DNA of 64,000 nucleotides from Selaginella moellendorffii (GCF_000143415.4 NW_003314373.1:124001-188000); one strand, 5' to 3'; numbered from the stretch's first letter, positions 10,789 to 24,125 are shown. The notes: a model not told the origin generated them from the letters alone. Made by a program: numbers and translations.

Positions 10789-11900
10789 ATGGCAAATGCA
10801 AGGTGTAAAAGAACCAAGGTGGAGATGGAACTTCCTCCAGAGCTAGAGCTTTCGGTTGAACAAGAGGTTAGGGATGAAGAATCCTTGCATGAGGAGGACT
10901 CTAGTGAGGAAACTTCTAAACAGGAGTTCAGTGGTGAAGTTTGGTCATCCAAGGCTTGGTTGGACATTTTAGAAGGACAATTGGCACAAACCAATGCTCT
11001 GCTGAAGACTCTCATACGCAATCTAAAGCATGATGAGAAGCAAAAGAAAAAACAAAAAATTGCAGATGTTGGCAGCATAAAAGGCGTGGGCCCTTTGGCA
11101 TGGACTGAGGCAAAACTGAACAATGTTGAATAAACCATAGTGGAATCAGTCCCTCAAGCAGTTCCTAAGTACAAACCAAAGCCCCTACCAGACTTCAAGG
11201 GAGTGAATGACTATAAAGTGGTGGATGATTGATTTTATGATATGGAGGATTACATCTGAGCATTACAGTTACCGAGCTCGGAGAAGGTCCCATGTGCAAA
11301 ACCATACTTGGTAGATAATGCTAAATCTTGGTGGAGAATAACAGAGGTCAATGAAAGACTGGTGGCCACTTGGGAAATGATGAAAGCGAGGTATATGTAA
11401 CTTACGTTCCTCTGAATGCTACTCTGCACCTAAGAGATGAATTGAGTAGGCTGAAACAGACCGAAACCATTCAAGAATATGTGAATGCGTTTATAACAAA
11501 GAGGATACTTGTCACAAACATAGGTGATATAGATGCGTTCCATGCCTTCATATCAAACTTGCAAACATGGGCTCGCAGCAAGGTGATGCGTTGGAACCCA
11601 ACCAACTACAAGGAAACATTGCATGCGGTGAAAGGGGAACACAATGGGGTTGGGGTTCACATTTAGCAAAGGGGCCAAATCAAGAAGGATATATGACAAA
11701 GGGAAATTCAAGAAAAGTTTCTCTAAAAATGAGTCTTTGGGGTTCCGAAAGGGCAGATTTGGGGGCTAGTGAGCAAATACATAAGGGAGTCAAACAAAAA
11801 AAGAAAAACTCACGGATAAGAAGGTTAAATCTGCTAACTTCAACTGTAGTGAAGTAAGATACTTTTCGAGGGAATGTCCCTACCCGAAGAAGGTTAGAGC
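10789..11900 (+). pseudogene. Retrotransposon gag remnant
   Basis: AKSWWR, LRDELSRLKQTETIQEYVNAF, and a degenerate zinc knuckle (FNCSEVRYFSRECP) near 11835-11880. Confidence 0.75.
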
Positions 11901-13679
11901 CAATATGGCTATTAAGTCGGGGGAAATCTAAACCAAGGTACGTGATTCAGTCCCTAGCTCAAAATTACTCATTACATGAGTAACTTTGGTAGAGAGTTGT
12001 TCGTGACATCTACTAGCCCTTCAAGGGAAGCTTGGAGGTAGCTTTGTTAAGATCCTTATTGACACAAGCGCTTCAGATAATTTTGTGGCTGTGGAGATAG
12101 TTCGGCAAACTGGACTAACGGTTTAGCGGCTAGGTAAACCAAGGACTATAAAGTTTGTTTAAGGTAGCTAAAACACTGATGAGGTATTTCGACAAGCAAA
12201 AGTCGAAGTAAGGACATGGAAAATAGATATAGATTTCACCATGTTGGACATGGTAGGATTTAACATAATCTTCGAGATGGATTAGTTCAATCAATTTGTG
12301 GTAGCCCTACATAGACAAGGTAGAAACCTTGTAGTATTGGCGAATGCCTGAGGAAAACAATCCATGGTAGAGGCCCAGGATCTAAAGGTAGGGCAATGTA
12401 AGGCCAAAGACTCTTGCTTGAACCTAGTGTCTATGAGAGGACAACTCACTAAAAGAACCAAGGCAGCATTTTTGTGCTTACTCTCGGTGAGGAGTGACAA
12501 AAAAACGGGAACAAAAGAAATGCCTTTAGTGATTTAGTGAGTGTTAGACCAATTCCAAGATACCATACTAGAGGAACTACTAGCAGGGTTACCCCCCGAA
12601 GAACTGATAGAACACAAAATCAAGCTGATTGAGGGTGCTAAGGCGGTGGTTCGTTCCCCCTATCGGCTGAATAAAAAGGAACTCGAGGAGTTGAAATGCT
12701 GATTTGAGGAGTTGGTGGAAAAAGGGTATGTTAAGTTGAGCAAGTCACTATATGGTGCACTGGTGTTATTTGTGAAAAAAAAAGATGGATCTATACGCAT
12801 ATGCATAGACTACCAGTTGTTTAACAAGTATACAAAAAAGAATAAGTACCCTTTACCAAGGATTGAAGACCTGTTCAATAGGTTGGGAAAGGTAAAATAC
12901 TTCTCGAGGATTGATCTAAGGTCAAGATACTACCAAATCAGGGTAGCAAAGAAAAATATCGAAAAGACAACCTATCAGATAAAGTATGGAAGCTTTGAGT
13001 TTCTAGTGATGCCCTTTGGGCTGTGCAATGCACCAGCAACATTTTCGGTGTTGATGAACCACATTTTTGTACCCTACCTAAATCATTTTGTGGTCGTCTA
13101 TATTAATGACATCTTGATCTATAATGAGATGCTAAAGGAGCATGCCGAACACTTGACGAAGATGTTTAAGAAACTAAGGAAACACTAGTTGTATGCTAAA
13201 GAGAGCAAATATGACATTGCTCAACAAGAGGTAAAGTTTCTTGGGCATGTGGTGGGCAAGGACGGGCTCAAGATGAACCCTGAGAAGGTCCAAGCGATCC
13301 AGGAATGGAAACGACTATCGAATATACATGAGTTAAGGGCATTCTTGGAGCTATGCAACTATTACTGAAAGTTTATCAAACACTATTCAAGAGTAGTCTT
13401 GCCTTTAACAAACTAAGCAGAAAAAAGGAAGATGATATGGACAATAAAATGTGAGGCGACATTTGTCCACCTCAAAGGAAAGTTGAGGAAGGCTCCCATT
13501 TTGGTATTACAAGACTTTGATAAGGACTTTGAAGTAGAAATAGATGCTTCAGACTTTGCATTGGGTGCAATGTTAAAGGAATACAACCATTCAGTAGTGT
13601 TCTTCTCGAAAAAGTTGGATAAAGCCCAACAAAAGTGACTTACCCATGAGAAGGAATTGTTTGCGGTGGTCAAGGCACT

Positions 13680-14025
13680 TGTAGCGCATGTGATCACTGC
13701 GGTACGGGTGGATGACTAGTTGCCTCACATGGAATAGCTAATCTACACAATGGAAGGATTGGTAGATTGAGTGCGGAAATGGAGGTGCTGGTTCCCCTTG
13801 GCTCAGTAGGGGTTGCTAGTCAATAGTCAATGAGGACATTGACATCTCTGAAGGGGGGGTGAGTGTAGCGCATGTGATCATGGGATGAGATTTGGATATA
13901 CTGTCACCGTGGATCCTTGGAACCTTGGGGGATAAATGGGGATAAAATAGCCACTAAGGGCTCTCTCATCAAGCAATTGCCCCTTTTCCAGTTGGCTTAA
14001 GGGGAGAGAGATAAGGTGCGCTACA
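13680..14025 (+). mobile_element. 346-bp non-autonomous LTR-type (TRIM-like/deleted) element inserted in RNase H
   Basis: Ends TGTAGCGCA...TGCGCTACA; perfect 5-bp TSD GCACT (13675-13679 and 14026-14030); internal polypurine tract GAAGGGGGGGTGAG followed by a second TGTAGCGCATGTGATCA at 13864. Confidence 0.9.
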
Positions 14026-15026
14026 GCACTTAAGGAGTGGCAACACTACCTTGGGAGACACTTCAAAGATTACACGGATAATGTGGCAACAAAACACTTC
14101 TTGTCACAACCCGGCCTAAAAGGGAAACAAGGTTGGTGGGCCAATGCTTTGGTCGAGTTTGATTGCGAAATTTTGTATAAACCTGGGAAAAGTGGCAAAT
14201 GCTCTAAATCGAAAAGTGAGCTTGAAGTTGGTAATATCCAACGCGATAGCAACCTTTTGGGATGATATGCAGACGGTGTATAAGAATGATGGTCTAGCAC
14301 AAGAAGTGTTGATGAGGAACCAAGAGGCGCGGGAAGCTCACTAGAGAGGTGAGTTGCCAACGGAAAAAAAAATAGGCTATGTAAAACGCAATGGACTCAT
14401 CTATTATAAATAAATGAGGATGTATGTTCCAAAAGGGGAACTAAGGAAAGTAGCCTTAAAAGAGTGTCATGACGGACTTTTTGCAAGACACAGCAGAGTG
14501 CCAAGACAATAGGCTTATTTCAAGAGGAAGTATCACTAGCCAAATATGGCTAAGGACATCCAAGACTGTGTAAAAACATGTCCAACATGTCAACAGGTCA
14601 AAGCCGTGACTGACACTAGTGGGGGCTTGTTACAAAGCATCCCAATTCCAAATCATCTGTGGAAATGTCTTACAATGGAATTCATCATGGGACTCCCCTC
14701 AAGTGAGGGGTTTGATGCAATATTTGTGGTGATGGACCGATTTTCAAATATGGCACATTTTATATCCACCACAACAAAAGTGGATGCGAAAGGTGTGGCG
14801 AAGCTGCTCTTCGAACAAGTGGTTCGAGTGCAGGGAAGGCTAGAGGAGATCATCTCAAATCGAAATAAGATCTTCACCAATAGATTCTGGAGAACTCTCC
14901 TGGAATAGTATCACACCAAGTTGAAATTCAATATAGCCTATCACCCACAGACAGGTATTGGGTATTAAGTCAAGTTTGTGTAAGCAACCAAAAAAGAAGA
15001 ACTCGAGAAACGATCCATAGGGGTTC

Positions 15027-16110
15027 TATAAAGAACTAACTCCCCGAAGTGTCGAATGCTAAAGGATCCCTGAAAGCACGACTAAAATGATAAAGAATTC
15101 ATCGGATGAAACTGAATCCAAGACCAAGTCCGAGACCGACTCTAAAACCGAGTTCAAGACCAAGTCTGAGATCGAGTCTGAGACCAACTCCGAAACCGAG
15201 TTCGAGACTGAGTCCGAGACCGAGTCCGAGATCCAATATCGGGTCTGAGACCGAGTCCAAGATCAAGATTGAGTCCAAGACAGAGTCCGAAGTCAAGTCC
15301 GAAGTTGAGTCCGAGATCAAATCCGAGACCAAGTCCGAATACTAATACAGGTTGTGGGGTGAAAGCCCAAAACGTGTCTCTCAAGGGGGGGGGCTCCAAA
15401 AGTAGGGATAGTAGGGATAGTGAGGTCTAGGAACTCTCTAGTGGTACTTCCAAACTAAATTGAGGTTAAGACTAGGGCCGAGGGGCCTTGGGTGGGAGTG
15501 AGTATGGACTCGAGTGGTGCCGGAGGGGCCACCCAAGGAAGTGCTCAAAAGCAGCTTCCACTTCCGGAAGGAAAATTGACTACAGTGCTCCTGACTTATG
15601 TAGAGTGGTGCCCCACTTGAATACTGAGTGGCTCATTGGTCCTCACCCTTCCTAGGGGCTTGGGCTTTCCCTTTGGGATGGAAGTGGGGGGGGGGTAGAG
15701 GTACCCATACCGGGCCATTAGGCCACGGTGTTTTGCCCTAGTGCCCCAAACCAAGGGTTATAACCAAGGCTTAGGATTTTGAAGGTCCTATGAGCAAGCC
15801 TTGTTATACCAAGGGATGTTAGGAACCTGAAGGTTTGGTGTGCTTGGCTGCTTTTGCCTGCGGGGAGTGTAGCTGAACCTTAAGTTTAATCTAACCCGGG
15901 GAGAGGGATTATGAGAGATTTGGGAACCCATGGATGGATGGCTAATGCTCCGTTATTTGTGTAGTGAGTAACTGAAACTAAGTAAGACCAAGTAGGAGCT
16001 GGTACAATAGGTAGGAACCTTGGCGAGGGAACTTAGCCAAAGTCAAGGTAGTGTTGGTCGGATAGATGAGGTAGGTTGGCAAATTGGAAAGGAAAAATTT
16101 GTGGGTTACA
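15027..16110 (+). repeat. Full-length solo LTR (about 1084 bp) of the same gypsy family
   Basis: Same LTR start and hexamer array as 10270 and 17533; ends GGGTTACA; flanked by GGTTC (15022-15026) and GGTTT (16111-16115), a near-perfect TSD. Confidence 0.85.
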
Positions 16111-16191
16111 GGTTTAAATATAAAGGGAAAAGGCCCATGAATAAAAGTGCATGCCTTTTTTCAATCGGTTAAGGGTCTTGGGATATTTGGG

Positions 16192-16246
16192 GTTAAGCGT
16201 CCTTGGGTTTGAATAGTATTGGGTTGGGTGACCTCTCGGGAAGTCC
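16192..16246 (+). other. 5S rRNA-derived internal segment (A-box/IE/C-box region), not a full 5S gene
   Basis: GTTAAGCGTCCTTGGGTTTGAATAGTATTGGGTTGGGTGACCTCTCGGGAAGTCC compared with the plant 5S core as I recall it, GTTAAGCGTGCTTGGGCGAGAGTAGTACTAGGATGGGTGACCTCCTGGGAAGTCC. Confidence 0.8.
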
Positions 16247-17532
16247 AAACTTACGAGTTTACAATTTGATGGCACTAACACTTTTTGATAAATGGATAAA
16301 TTGAAAGGGTGAATAGGTAGTTGAAGGATTATTTCCAATGCTATGTATCCGAAGACCAAACTAATTGGGTAAATCATTTGAGACTTGCGGAAATGTGTTA
16401 TAACAACTCACCACACTCGAGTATTGAAGTGGGTTCATGGGAAGTCATCAATGGGTGTCTATAGAACTCGACGTGGCCAAGTGTCATAAAGAGTTACCCA
16501 CAATAGAGGCATTCATGGTAGAAAGACTCAACATTTGGAATTTAGTGAGGGATTCTTTGGAACGGGCTCAACAAAGGCAAACCAAGTATGCAAACTAGAA
16601 GCACTAGGATGTAAAGTTCTAACCTGGGGAGAAGGTGTGGCTGAACACCAAAAACCTAAGGCTACCAAGAGGGATTAGCCGAAATCTAACCCAAAGGTAA
16701 AAATGCATATATTCCTGGAAATGAACTGATCTTAAGTTTCTTAAGTAGATTCGCAAGGTTTTACAAGATTGAAGCACAAATTGGTAAGGTGGCTTACCAC
16801 CTCTAACTTCCTCAAGAGATGGGGAAGATGCACCTTGTATTCCATTTGAACTTACTCAAGCCATACTTTGAAAATCCGTTTTGCAAGGACCAAATAAAAC
16901 TTTTACCTGAGGTTATCCAAGAGAAAGAGGAATATAAAGTCGAAGCCATCCTCAATGCATGCAAGAGCAAATGACAAAGATACAAGGTGAGGAAGTTCCA
17001 TGTGAAGTGGAAAGAATTTCTACACTGTGAAGCAACATAAGAATCGAAAGAGAATCTAGTGAATGCACAAGATTTAGTAGAGGAATTTTTGCAAAATAGA
17101 ACTCTATATACTTATGCAAAATTCAATTATAGAATCTATTTGAGAAATTGAGCAATATCATATATTGGGACTCGAAGGCGTGCCAAATGTAAGCTAATTA
17201 ACATGGGTTAACTAAGTCAACTAGGATTAGGAAACTACACCCAACTCCCCGCAGGGATATTAAATCCATAGACATATTTTACAGAGGTTGGGTTTGAGTC
17301 CCAACCCTCTAGTAAAGCAAGGTTGGGTTCAAGTCCCAACCCCATACTAGTGCATGGTGAGGGGAGGGGTATAGGGATATCTATATTCCGTTATTATAGG
17401 CTTTTGGCCAAGGAGGCTAACTTAGGCACATTGCTAACTGGGGGGATGCCCCTAGAGATATGGTCAACAAGTCATAGGATTAAAAAGAGGCGTTCGATAT
17501 GAGCATCGAACTTCTTCTATGGGCGATGGAGT

Positions 17533-18027
17533 TGTAAGGAACCAACTCCTCGAGGTGTCGAAGGCTAAAAGATCCCTGAAAGCACGACCAAAATGATAAA
17601 GAGTTCATTGGATGGGACCGAGTCCAAGATTGACTCTAAAACCGAGTTCAAAACCGAGTCCAAGATCGAGTCCGAGACCCAAGATTGGGTCCAAGACCGA
17701 GTTCGAGATCGAGTCCGAGACTGAGTCCGAGACCCAAGATCAGGTTCGAGACCGAGTCCGAGACTGAGCCCGAGACTGAGTTCGAGGTCGGGTCCGAGAT
17801 TGAGTCTGAGATTGAGTCCGAGACTGAATCTGAGATCGAGTTCAAAGCCAAGTCCGAGGTCAAGTCCAAGATCAAGTCCGAGACCGAATCCAAATACTAA
17901 TACAGGTTGTGGGGTGCCCAAAAGCATGTGTCTCCCGGGGGGGGGGGGGGGGGGTGCTGCAAGTGCTGCAAGGTTCCAAAAGTATAATAGAGATAGTGAG
18001 GTTCAAGAACCAGTCTTAAAGGACCTC
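17533..18027 (+). repeat. 3' LTR (truncated) with hexamer array and poly-G
   Basis: TGTAAGGAACCAACTCC start preceded by purine-rich GGGCGATGGAG; homologous to the other two LTR copies. Confidence 0.85.
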
Positions 18028-18232
18028 CACCTTGTCCTTCTCTCGTTTGTCCAAACTATGTCTTTTGGCCTCATTACCATCTCCACTCTTCAAGCCATGA
18101 CGAAACAAACAAACCTATACCAAGTACTGAAGGAGTGATTCCCCAAGTAATAATCCCAAACATTTGTGCATATCTTCTTCGTAAAATTTACTTTAGTAAA
18201 GTTTTACAGTTCTAATTTGTAGTTAATATTTT

Positions 18233-18556
18233 TTGGTTTGCTTAAGCAAACCTATAGGGGGACTGGGATGGTAGTGAATATACCTAGAATATGCTTGGAT
18301 ATTTTGGGATATTCTACCATCTAACGGTTGGTATTCATTTAGATTAATCTAGTATTTATAATTTATAAACATGTTTATAATTTATAAACTTTCCTAAACC
18401 CTTTCTAGTATATTCTTTTTTATTCTATTATCTAATGGTTGATATGCAATAAGATTAATCTTGTGTTTATAAATTACTAACATGGCTTATGATTATAAAC
18501 TTTATTTGATCAATTAGATTAATAAGTAATAATAAAACTACCATTAAGCAAACCAA
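18233..18556. mobile_element. AT-rich MITE-like element
   Basis: 13-bp inverted termini TTGGTTTGCTTAA / TTAAGCAAACCAA. Related internal sequence (…ATTTTGGGATATTCTA…TTTATAATTTATAAACTTT…TTAAGCAAAC) recurs at about 42605-42965. Confidence 0.6.
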
Positions 18557-20534
18557 GCGTTGCTACATGCAACGCGTAGCAATTTTTTTAAAACACTCAT
18601 TGCCTTTGGTAAGTCTATAACTTGTGGAACTCATTGAGTGCCTCTCTTGCATGAGAGCTTGAAAGAAGGAAGCACTCCTGAAGTGGAGTAGATTCCTCAA
18701 GTATCTTGATAGCAAGAGGCAGCTTGCAAGATTTGAACATTTCTTTGAAACAGCTTGGAGGGAAGCCATAAGCTTAGTTGATGTGGCAGTCTTCCATAGT
18801 GATCTTGTATTCAAAACCATAAACAGTGTGAAGGATGCTATGCACACAAAGTAGTTTGAAGTAATTCATGTTATTGTTGCAATCCTTGTAGTCCTCAAAG
18901 TTCCTGGAGATGTTCAGCCTCTTGCAAACACAGCAAGAATAGTTCATTCCCATGGATTGGAAGGGATGAAATAGCCAATTATTGACAACATGAAGATAAC
19001 AACCACACAAAAATGTATGCATGTCACCGAGTATTTCGACCTAGTGTAAGGGTCAGCAAACTTTGCAAACCATAAACATGTGTACATTGTATTCCTCTCC
19101 AAATGTGTCACCAATATAAATGATATTGGTGCTGAACTGTGTCTAGTCAACAGATGTAACAGTAGCAGCAACAGCGGCGAAGGTGTACTTGTCTGCTTGG
19201 CTTGCAAGTCTTGACAGCAACTGAACACCCAGTGACACCCACAATATCAAGTTGAGGTGGCCATTCAAGCACTAACAACTGGCTGTCGATCTCAATGCAC
19301 AACCGGTGAGCACAGTGGAACTTTGGATTTTTGGGCTTCAGCTTGAAGTTTTGAATGTAGAGCCACGTTCCTGGGCAGAAGAAGTTGGTGCAGATTTTGC
19401 ATGAACCTGAAAAACAGTGTCACAGTAAAAACATAATAAACCGCTAACTAAAGTGAACTGACCAAAAGGCTTGCTCCGCTCCACATAAGGCCATAAGGCC
19501 ACCTCCAACCAGTCAGGCTTCATGCCTGTGTTTACCCTTTTTGAATTTGAGATGTTCCCACGGCTGGGAGATCAAGGAGAGGAGGAGATGAATATGCCAC
19601 AGGGGAACAGTTCCAGACGTGGAGCCCCTTGGAATATCTGGCCTAGACATCTTCGGTGTTTTAACTAATACGTTTTCCCGCCTGTGCGTTGACCAAACAT
19701 TTGATTTCTTTGTCATGAGACAATGTGAGGACTTTGTGGATCAAGCCTTGGAAGTAAGTGGTCTTTTAGTTTTCTAGCCCAGGTTTCCGAGGGGTCGGAT
19801 ACTTCTCGATCTTTGGACTCTCGGGAGGAGATGGTAGATTTTTCCCGTGAGGGAATCCAGTCTCCTGCTGGAGTTTTGCGGGGTGGCCAAGCTGGAGAAG
19901 GAGATCATCGCACAGACAAACACGGAGATGTTGCGCAGTCCACTTTGTCTGCCTACAAAGTTATAAATGAATTTTGGAGTGAGGAAAGAAATATTAAAGA
20001 GGTACACTTGAATTCCACCATATTGATGTTTGTCAACACAAAGACCAACAAACTCACTCCATCAATCTTTAATACTTGCAGCTCAAATAGTAGCATGGGC
20101 TACTAGGGATCTCCATACGGTAGTTTCCTCTTCAGACTCAATGGCCTCTCAAAATAAAGATTACCAACATTGTCCAAAACAATCCCTGTGGATATGCAAA
20201 GTTCACAACATAGTATTTTTCCACACCTGAAACTTTTTTTTGGAGAAGTTATATGTCAATACAATAATATTGTCAACTATACATAGATGACTTTGACTAT
20301 TTGCTGCGACTTTTGATTATTATCAAGTACTTGGGTGGCTAAGTACAAACACATTGGGTCCTCATCCTTGGGAGGCAAAGATGGACAGCACCACCAGCAG
20401 CCCTCCACAGACATATTTCCAAATGTTTGGCCACTGCTTCTCTAAATAGCTTCCAAAGTCTTTGGAGAACTCTGTGTCGGAGAGGCTGCAAAATCTGTGT
20501 CAAGGCTGGATATCTCCTCAGAAGCTGTGTCACC

Positions 20535-22339
20535 TACCTTGGGCTTGGACGACGGATCATAGCTTAGCTCGGTTAGAAGGCCAGAATTAGATTTTGCCAC
20601 ACCTTTCTCGTCTTTCGTCTTGCAAGTAGCCACAAAGCCCATACGCTCTGCTAGGCGCTGGCCTGTGATCTTCGACCACAAAGTCGAGAAAGGAAGTGAT
20701 GTTCGAGTACTTGCTACGTAGAGCCTCGTCCTTGACAAAGACCTGGAGCTTGGTCTCGTACCAGAAGGTTCGGTGGATCGCGAGAACAAGCCCATGAGCA
20801 CTCCCAGGATAACGATGTAGCTGCCACACGTCCCTGCCAGACTTCAAACAGCATGGCACCAGCACCGTGGGGCACTGGGGACTAGGCAGTGGATAGACAA
20901 AAGCTCCTCCAGTGTCCTCCGATCGGCTGCTTAGACGAGAGTCAGAGGAAGTATGGCACTACTGATTAGATCTTACGTCATATAGCAAGGATAGAGCTTC
21001 CTTCCTCTGCATGCTCTCGACAAAAGACGGGACACGCTCCAAGTATCCCAAGGGTGACTGAAGAACCTGTGAGGCAACCAAACGAGAATGAGACAATGAA
21101 ACAGCAACCATAACGCTTACCACTTCTTCTGCAGCTTCAATAGCCCGAGATGGATCTTCCACTTCCTCCGCTTCGATATCTGGATCTTCCCCTTCTTCCG
21201 CTTCGTTGGGATCTTCCACTTCTGCTTCGAAAATAGTCCCATCCCTTGCGAGACAGTCATCTGCAATGAGAGGCAGGAGTTAGATGTCTAAGGAAAAACA
21301 AGGGAAAACTGTGCACGCACAGCTAATGTTTCGGAACGCTGCGAATGGAAACGTAGGGCTCCTCTCCAGCCACAGCCTGGCGTGCGTAACACAGAAGTAG
21401 ACCGCGAGGCGGTGGGAGAGAAAGACGGAGTGAGGTGGCCGACGCGTCACCAGGTGGAGCAGGAGCTTGCTTTCCTGCACAGCGGACAGAAGCTCCTTGA
21501 ATTCGATGTTTGTGACGTGACGCCACCGCCATGCAGGCTCTCGCTCCCCGTCCGCTTCCAAGTCCTCGGTCCGGTCTATCTCACCGACCCCGGTATAGCC
21601 AAGGACGGCGCCGAGGCTGCTCCGGTAAACGTTTTCCCAATCCGCCACCTCAACTGGAACGTAGCCTTCTTTGTAGAGTTTGGTCACCTCGCATTCCACA
21701 GCCTCTAGACGATCGGCCTCGTCACCTCTGGCTCTGGCCTCCTTGATCCTGCTCCGGAGAGTGGCCAGCGAGGTGGCACAGCTCGGCCCATCCGCGTCAC
21801 GTCTCGGTGGCGAGAGGAAGTACGTGCGTCGAACAACTTTGGCTACGATGGTGCGAAGCTTGCCATGCTGCGGGTGCTCCCTGAAGGAAAAAACCAAGAG
21901 AAATTTAATAGAAGCCCCGTACATCTCACCTTTGCCAATCTTCTTCGACTGCATCCAGGGCGAGCATGGTGCCATCGTTGCTCAGTGCTCCCGCGGGGAG
22001 GGGCTGGAGGAGTGACGAGAAAAAGTTGACAAGAGCGGAGAGGGCTTCCTCCGTGACGCCTGCGGAGGATGCGCAGGCACGGAGCTCGGCAGCGTTGCCC
22101 TTGAGCAGCGACGACAGATAAAGCAGCGCCACCAACCTGAAGAGATGGGGATCAGACGCCTCGGGAAGCCAGTCGTCACAACCCCAGATATACACCTGGA
22201 GCTCGTGGAAGCACTCGGCATCGCGCAGGTCTTGCTGTGCGCACTCCACCAGTTCCTTGTCGAGATCCTTGAGGAACTGATAGACATCCCACTCAGCCCT
22301 GGATCCGGGATATAAGGCAGCGCGGACAACACCCTCCAT
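20535..22339 (-). CDS. Multi-exon gene of unknown function (probably lineage-specific); 3' end uncertain
   Basis: ATG 22339 preceded by AACCCTAAA. Long GC-rich coding-like ORFs 21926-22339, 21280-21975 and 20959-21219 are separated by short intron-like gaps. Contains an acidic EVEDP repeat; no family recognised. Confidence 0.5.
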
Positions 22340-24125
22340 CCTAGAATTTAGGGTTCGCCACAATACTCCACTCTTTATAAGCCGGATAAACGCACGCAAA
22401 AATCGTTTGCTTCTCCAGCACGTATCCCCAACACCTGCAATGCATGCTAAGTATCTCGGGAGCCAGCAGCTCTGGAAAGTGGCCTCTTGTAACAGATGCT
22501 TGCTGGGAGGACGCGGAGCAGGAGGTTGGCAAGCCTGCATGCTCAGATCCCGACGTCGCGTTCCCGGTCGCAGAATGCGGCTCCCAAGAGCTCGCAGCAA
22601 GATTTTCGGTAATACAGGTCGATCATAAGCAGCAGTTCGATGCTCCTAAAGAACTGCAAAAGATCCAGAGCATTGTTCTGAGAATGTGATGACAAACCTA
22701 TAACCGTGAGAACTGTATTGATTCACGAGGTAACATCCATCACCTGAACCAGAAAACATTTAGCAAAGCACCACCTGGTTAAGAATTCGGGGAGGAACAA
22801 GCAGGATTAAAAATGATCGAGCTAACTGAAGAGGAAATGTAAGTCTGAAGTAAGCCATCTGAATTGTATCTGTAACCGTTTTGATGCATGTTTTCTTCTT
22901 GTGAAAAAAGCTACTAGGCCGATCACTAGTCTTTGATACAGCGTAGTTCGTTATCTGAAAGATTGTTAAATTAAGTTCAGTTGAACATTTAACATACCGT
23001 CGTAAGAGTTTCCAAAAACTAAAGTGAAAATAGCTATGAATCAGGCCGTGGAATAGACAGTTCCAGTAACATACCACGTATGCTTAAAGTGGAATTGAAA
23101 AGAGCTCTGCACAAGCGCGACAAAGGAGCCGACTGCTCTGTTGTTTTGTGGATTTCAAAAATGTGTTCAATGCCAATTAGAGCACCATGAACACAATCCG
23201 CCACCTCTACACATGCATTCAAGCCGAGCTGGCCAGACAAGCCCCCTGTCCCATGCGATGCCAGGGTCAAGCAGGGACACAGCCCGATGCTGTTCAGTAT
23301 ATATATCAACGCCTTAGAGAGTATGCTGGCCGAGCGCAAGCTATCTACCATGTAGATCACTGGCCTTTCACTACACCTCCTACTATATGCTACTTTTCGC
23401 CACCACCAAGAAATCCTCGCCTCCAGGACTCACGGTCAACCTGTTTTGGATCCAAGCTACGCACCACCCACAAGGGACAAGAGATACTCCAAGTGACTAT
23501 CGGCTATGTGCACCTGGACCATGGGCGTCACACAACGAGAAGCTGCTGCGGAACACATGTAGTATGGCATGATTTTTTGGAACAAATAGCAACAGACCAG
23601 ACGCAATCAAAGGAAATTGCGAAGGCAAATATAAACGCTGACGGTTGGCCGTCAAATTTCCGCCGCTCAAATGAAATCGAACACCTGTACCCGCCTTTCG
23701 TTATCAACAAATATTCGAAATTCCAAACTTAGTGGTCGATAAGATTGATCGCCCAATTCATTCAGTCACACAAAACAGCAGAGATTCTTTTGTGCTGTCC
23801 CAGCAGCCGCACTCAGGCACTCAGGCATAATTCCTGCAAAATCTCCTTTAGATCATGAAAGCTTCAGAGCTTCTTCCAGATGTTGCTCTTGTGATGAGCC
23901 CTATGGTCTCTTTTAATCATTCTAGAGCTATCATGCTTCCAAGTTCATGAAATGGCCATCCCATATGCCTTTATAGGGAATCTTGTTCCGTTTAGGCATC
24001 CTCCAAGCCCAGGTATCTGCCATATGCCCAAGGATGGCATGGAAATTTGCATATGCCCACAAAGGTCATCTTGATGATTTACATCAGGCAAGGAGGCAAG
24101 AGGGAGAAACAATGAGAAAAAAAAC

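Larger units (their letters stand above)
14979..16402 (+). mobile_element. Cassandra-like (5S rRNA-containing) LTR inserted in integrase, itself split by a solo LTR
   Basis: Starts TGTAAGCAACC and ends GGAAATGTGTTATA; about 335 bp once the nested LTR is removed. It interrupts the integrase motif (E/K)F(A/V)-YNN and contains a 5S-like segment. No clean TSD seen. Confidence 0.6.
12040..17100 (+). pseudogene. Gypsy pol remnant (protease, RT, RNase H, integrase, chromodomain), interrupted by insertions
   Basis: LIDTSASDNF protease; RT with [33 protein letters not shown]; RNaseH EIDASDFALGA; integrase CPTCQ, VMDRFSNMAHF; chromodomain EYKVEAIL...VKWK...ENL near 16920-17090. Confidence 0.92.
10270..18027 (+). 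mobile_element. Degenerate Ty3/gypsy LTR retrotransposon (chromovirus), both LTRs truncated
   Basis: Homologous LTR starts at 10270 and 17533 (TGTAAGGAACCAACTCC). Domain order gag-protease-RT-RNaseH-integrase-chromodomain, with many stops and frameshifts. Confidence 0.93.

Noticed and set aside
16192-16246. Functional 5S rRNA gene
   Set aside because: Only the central ~55 nt match; the 5' and 3' ends are absent.
23034-23732. ORFs 23187-23732 and 23034-23360
   Set aside because: No recognisable motifs or clear gene structure.
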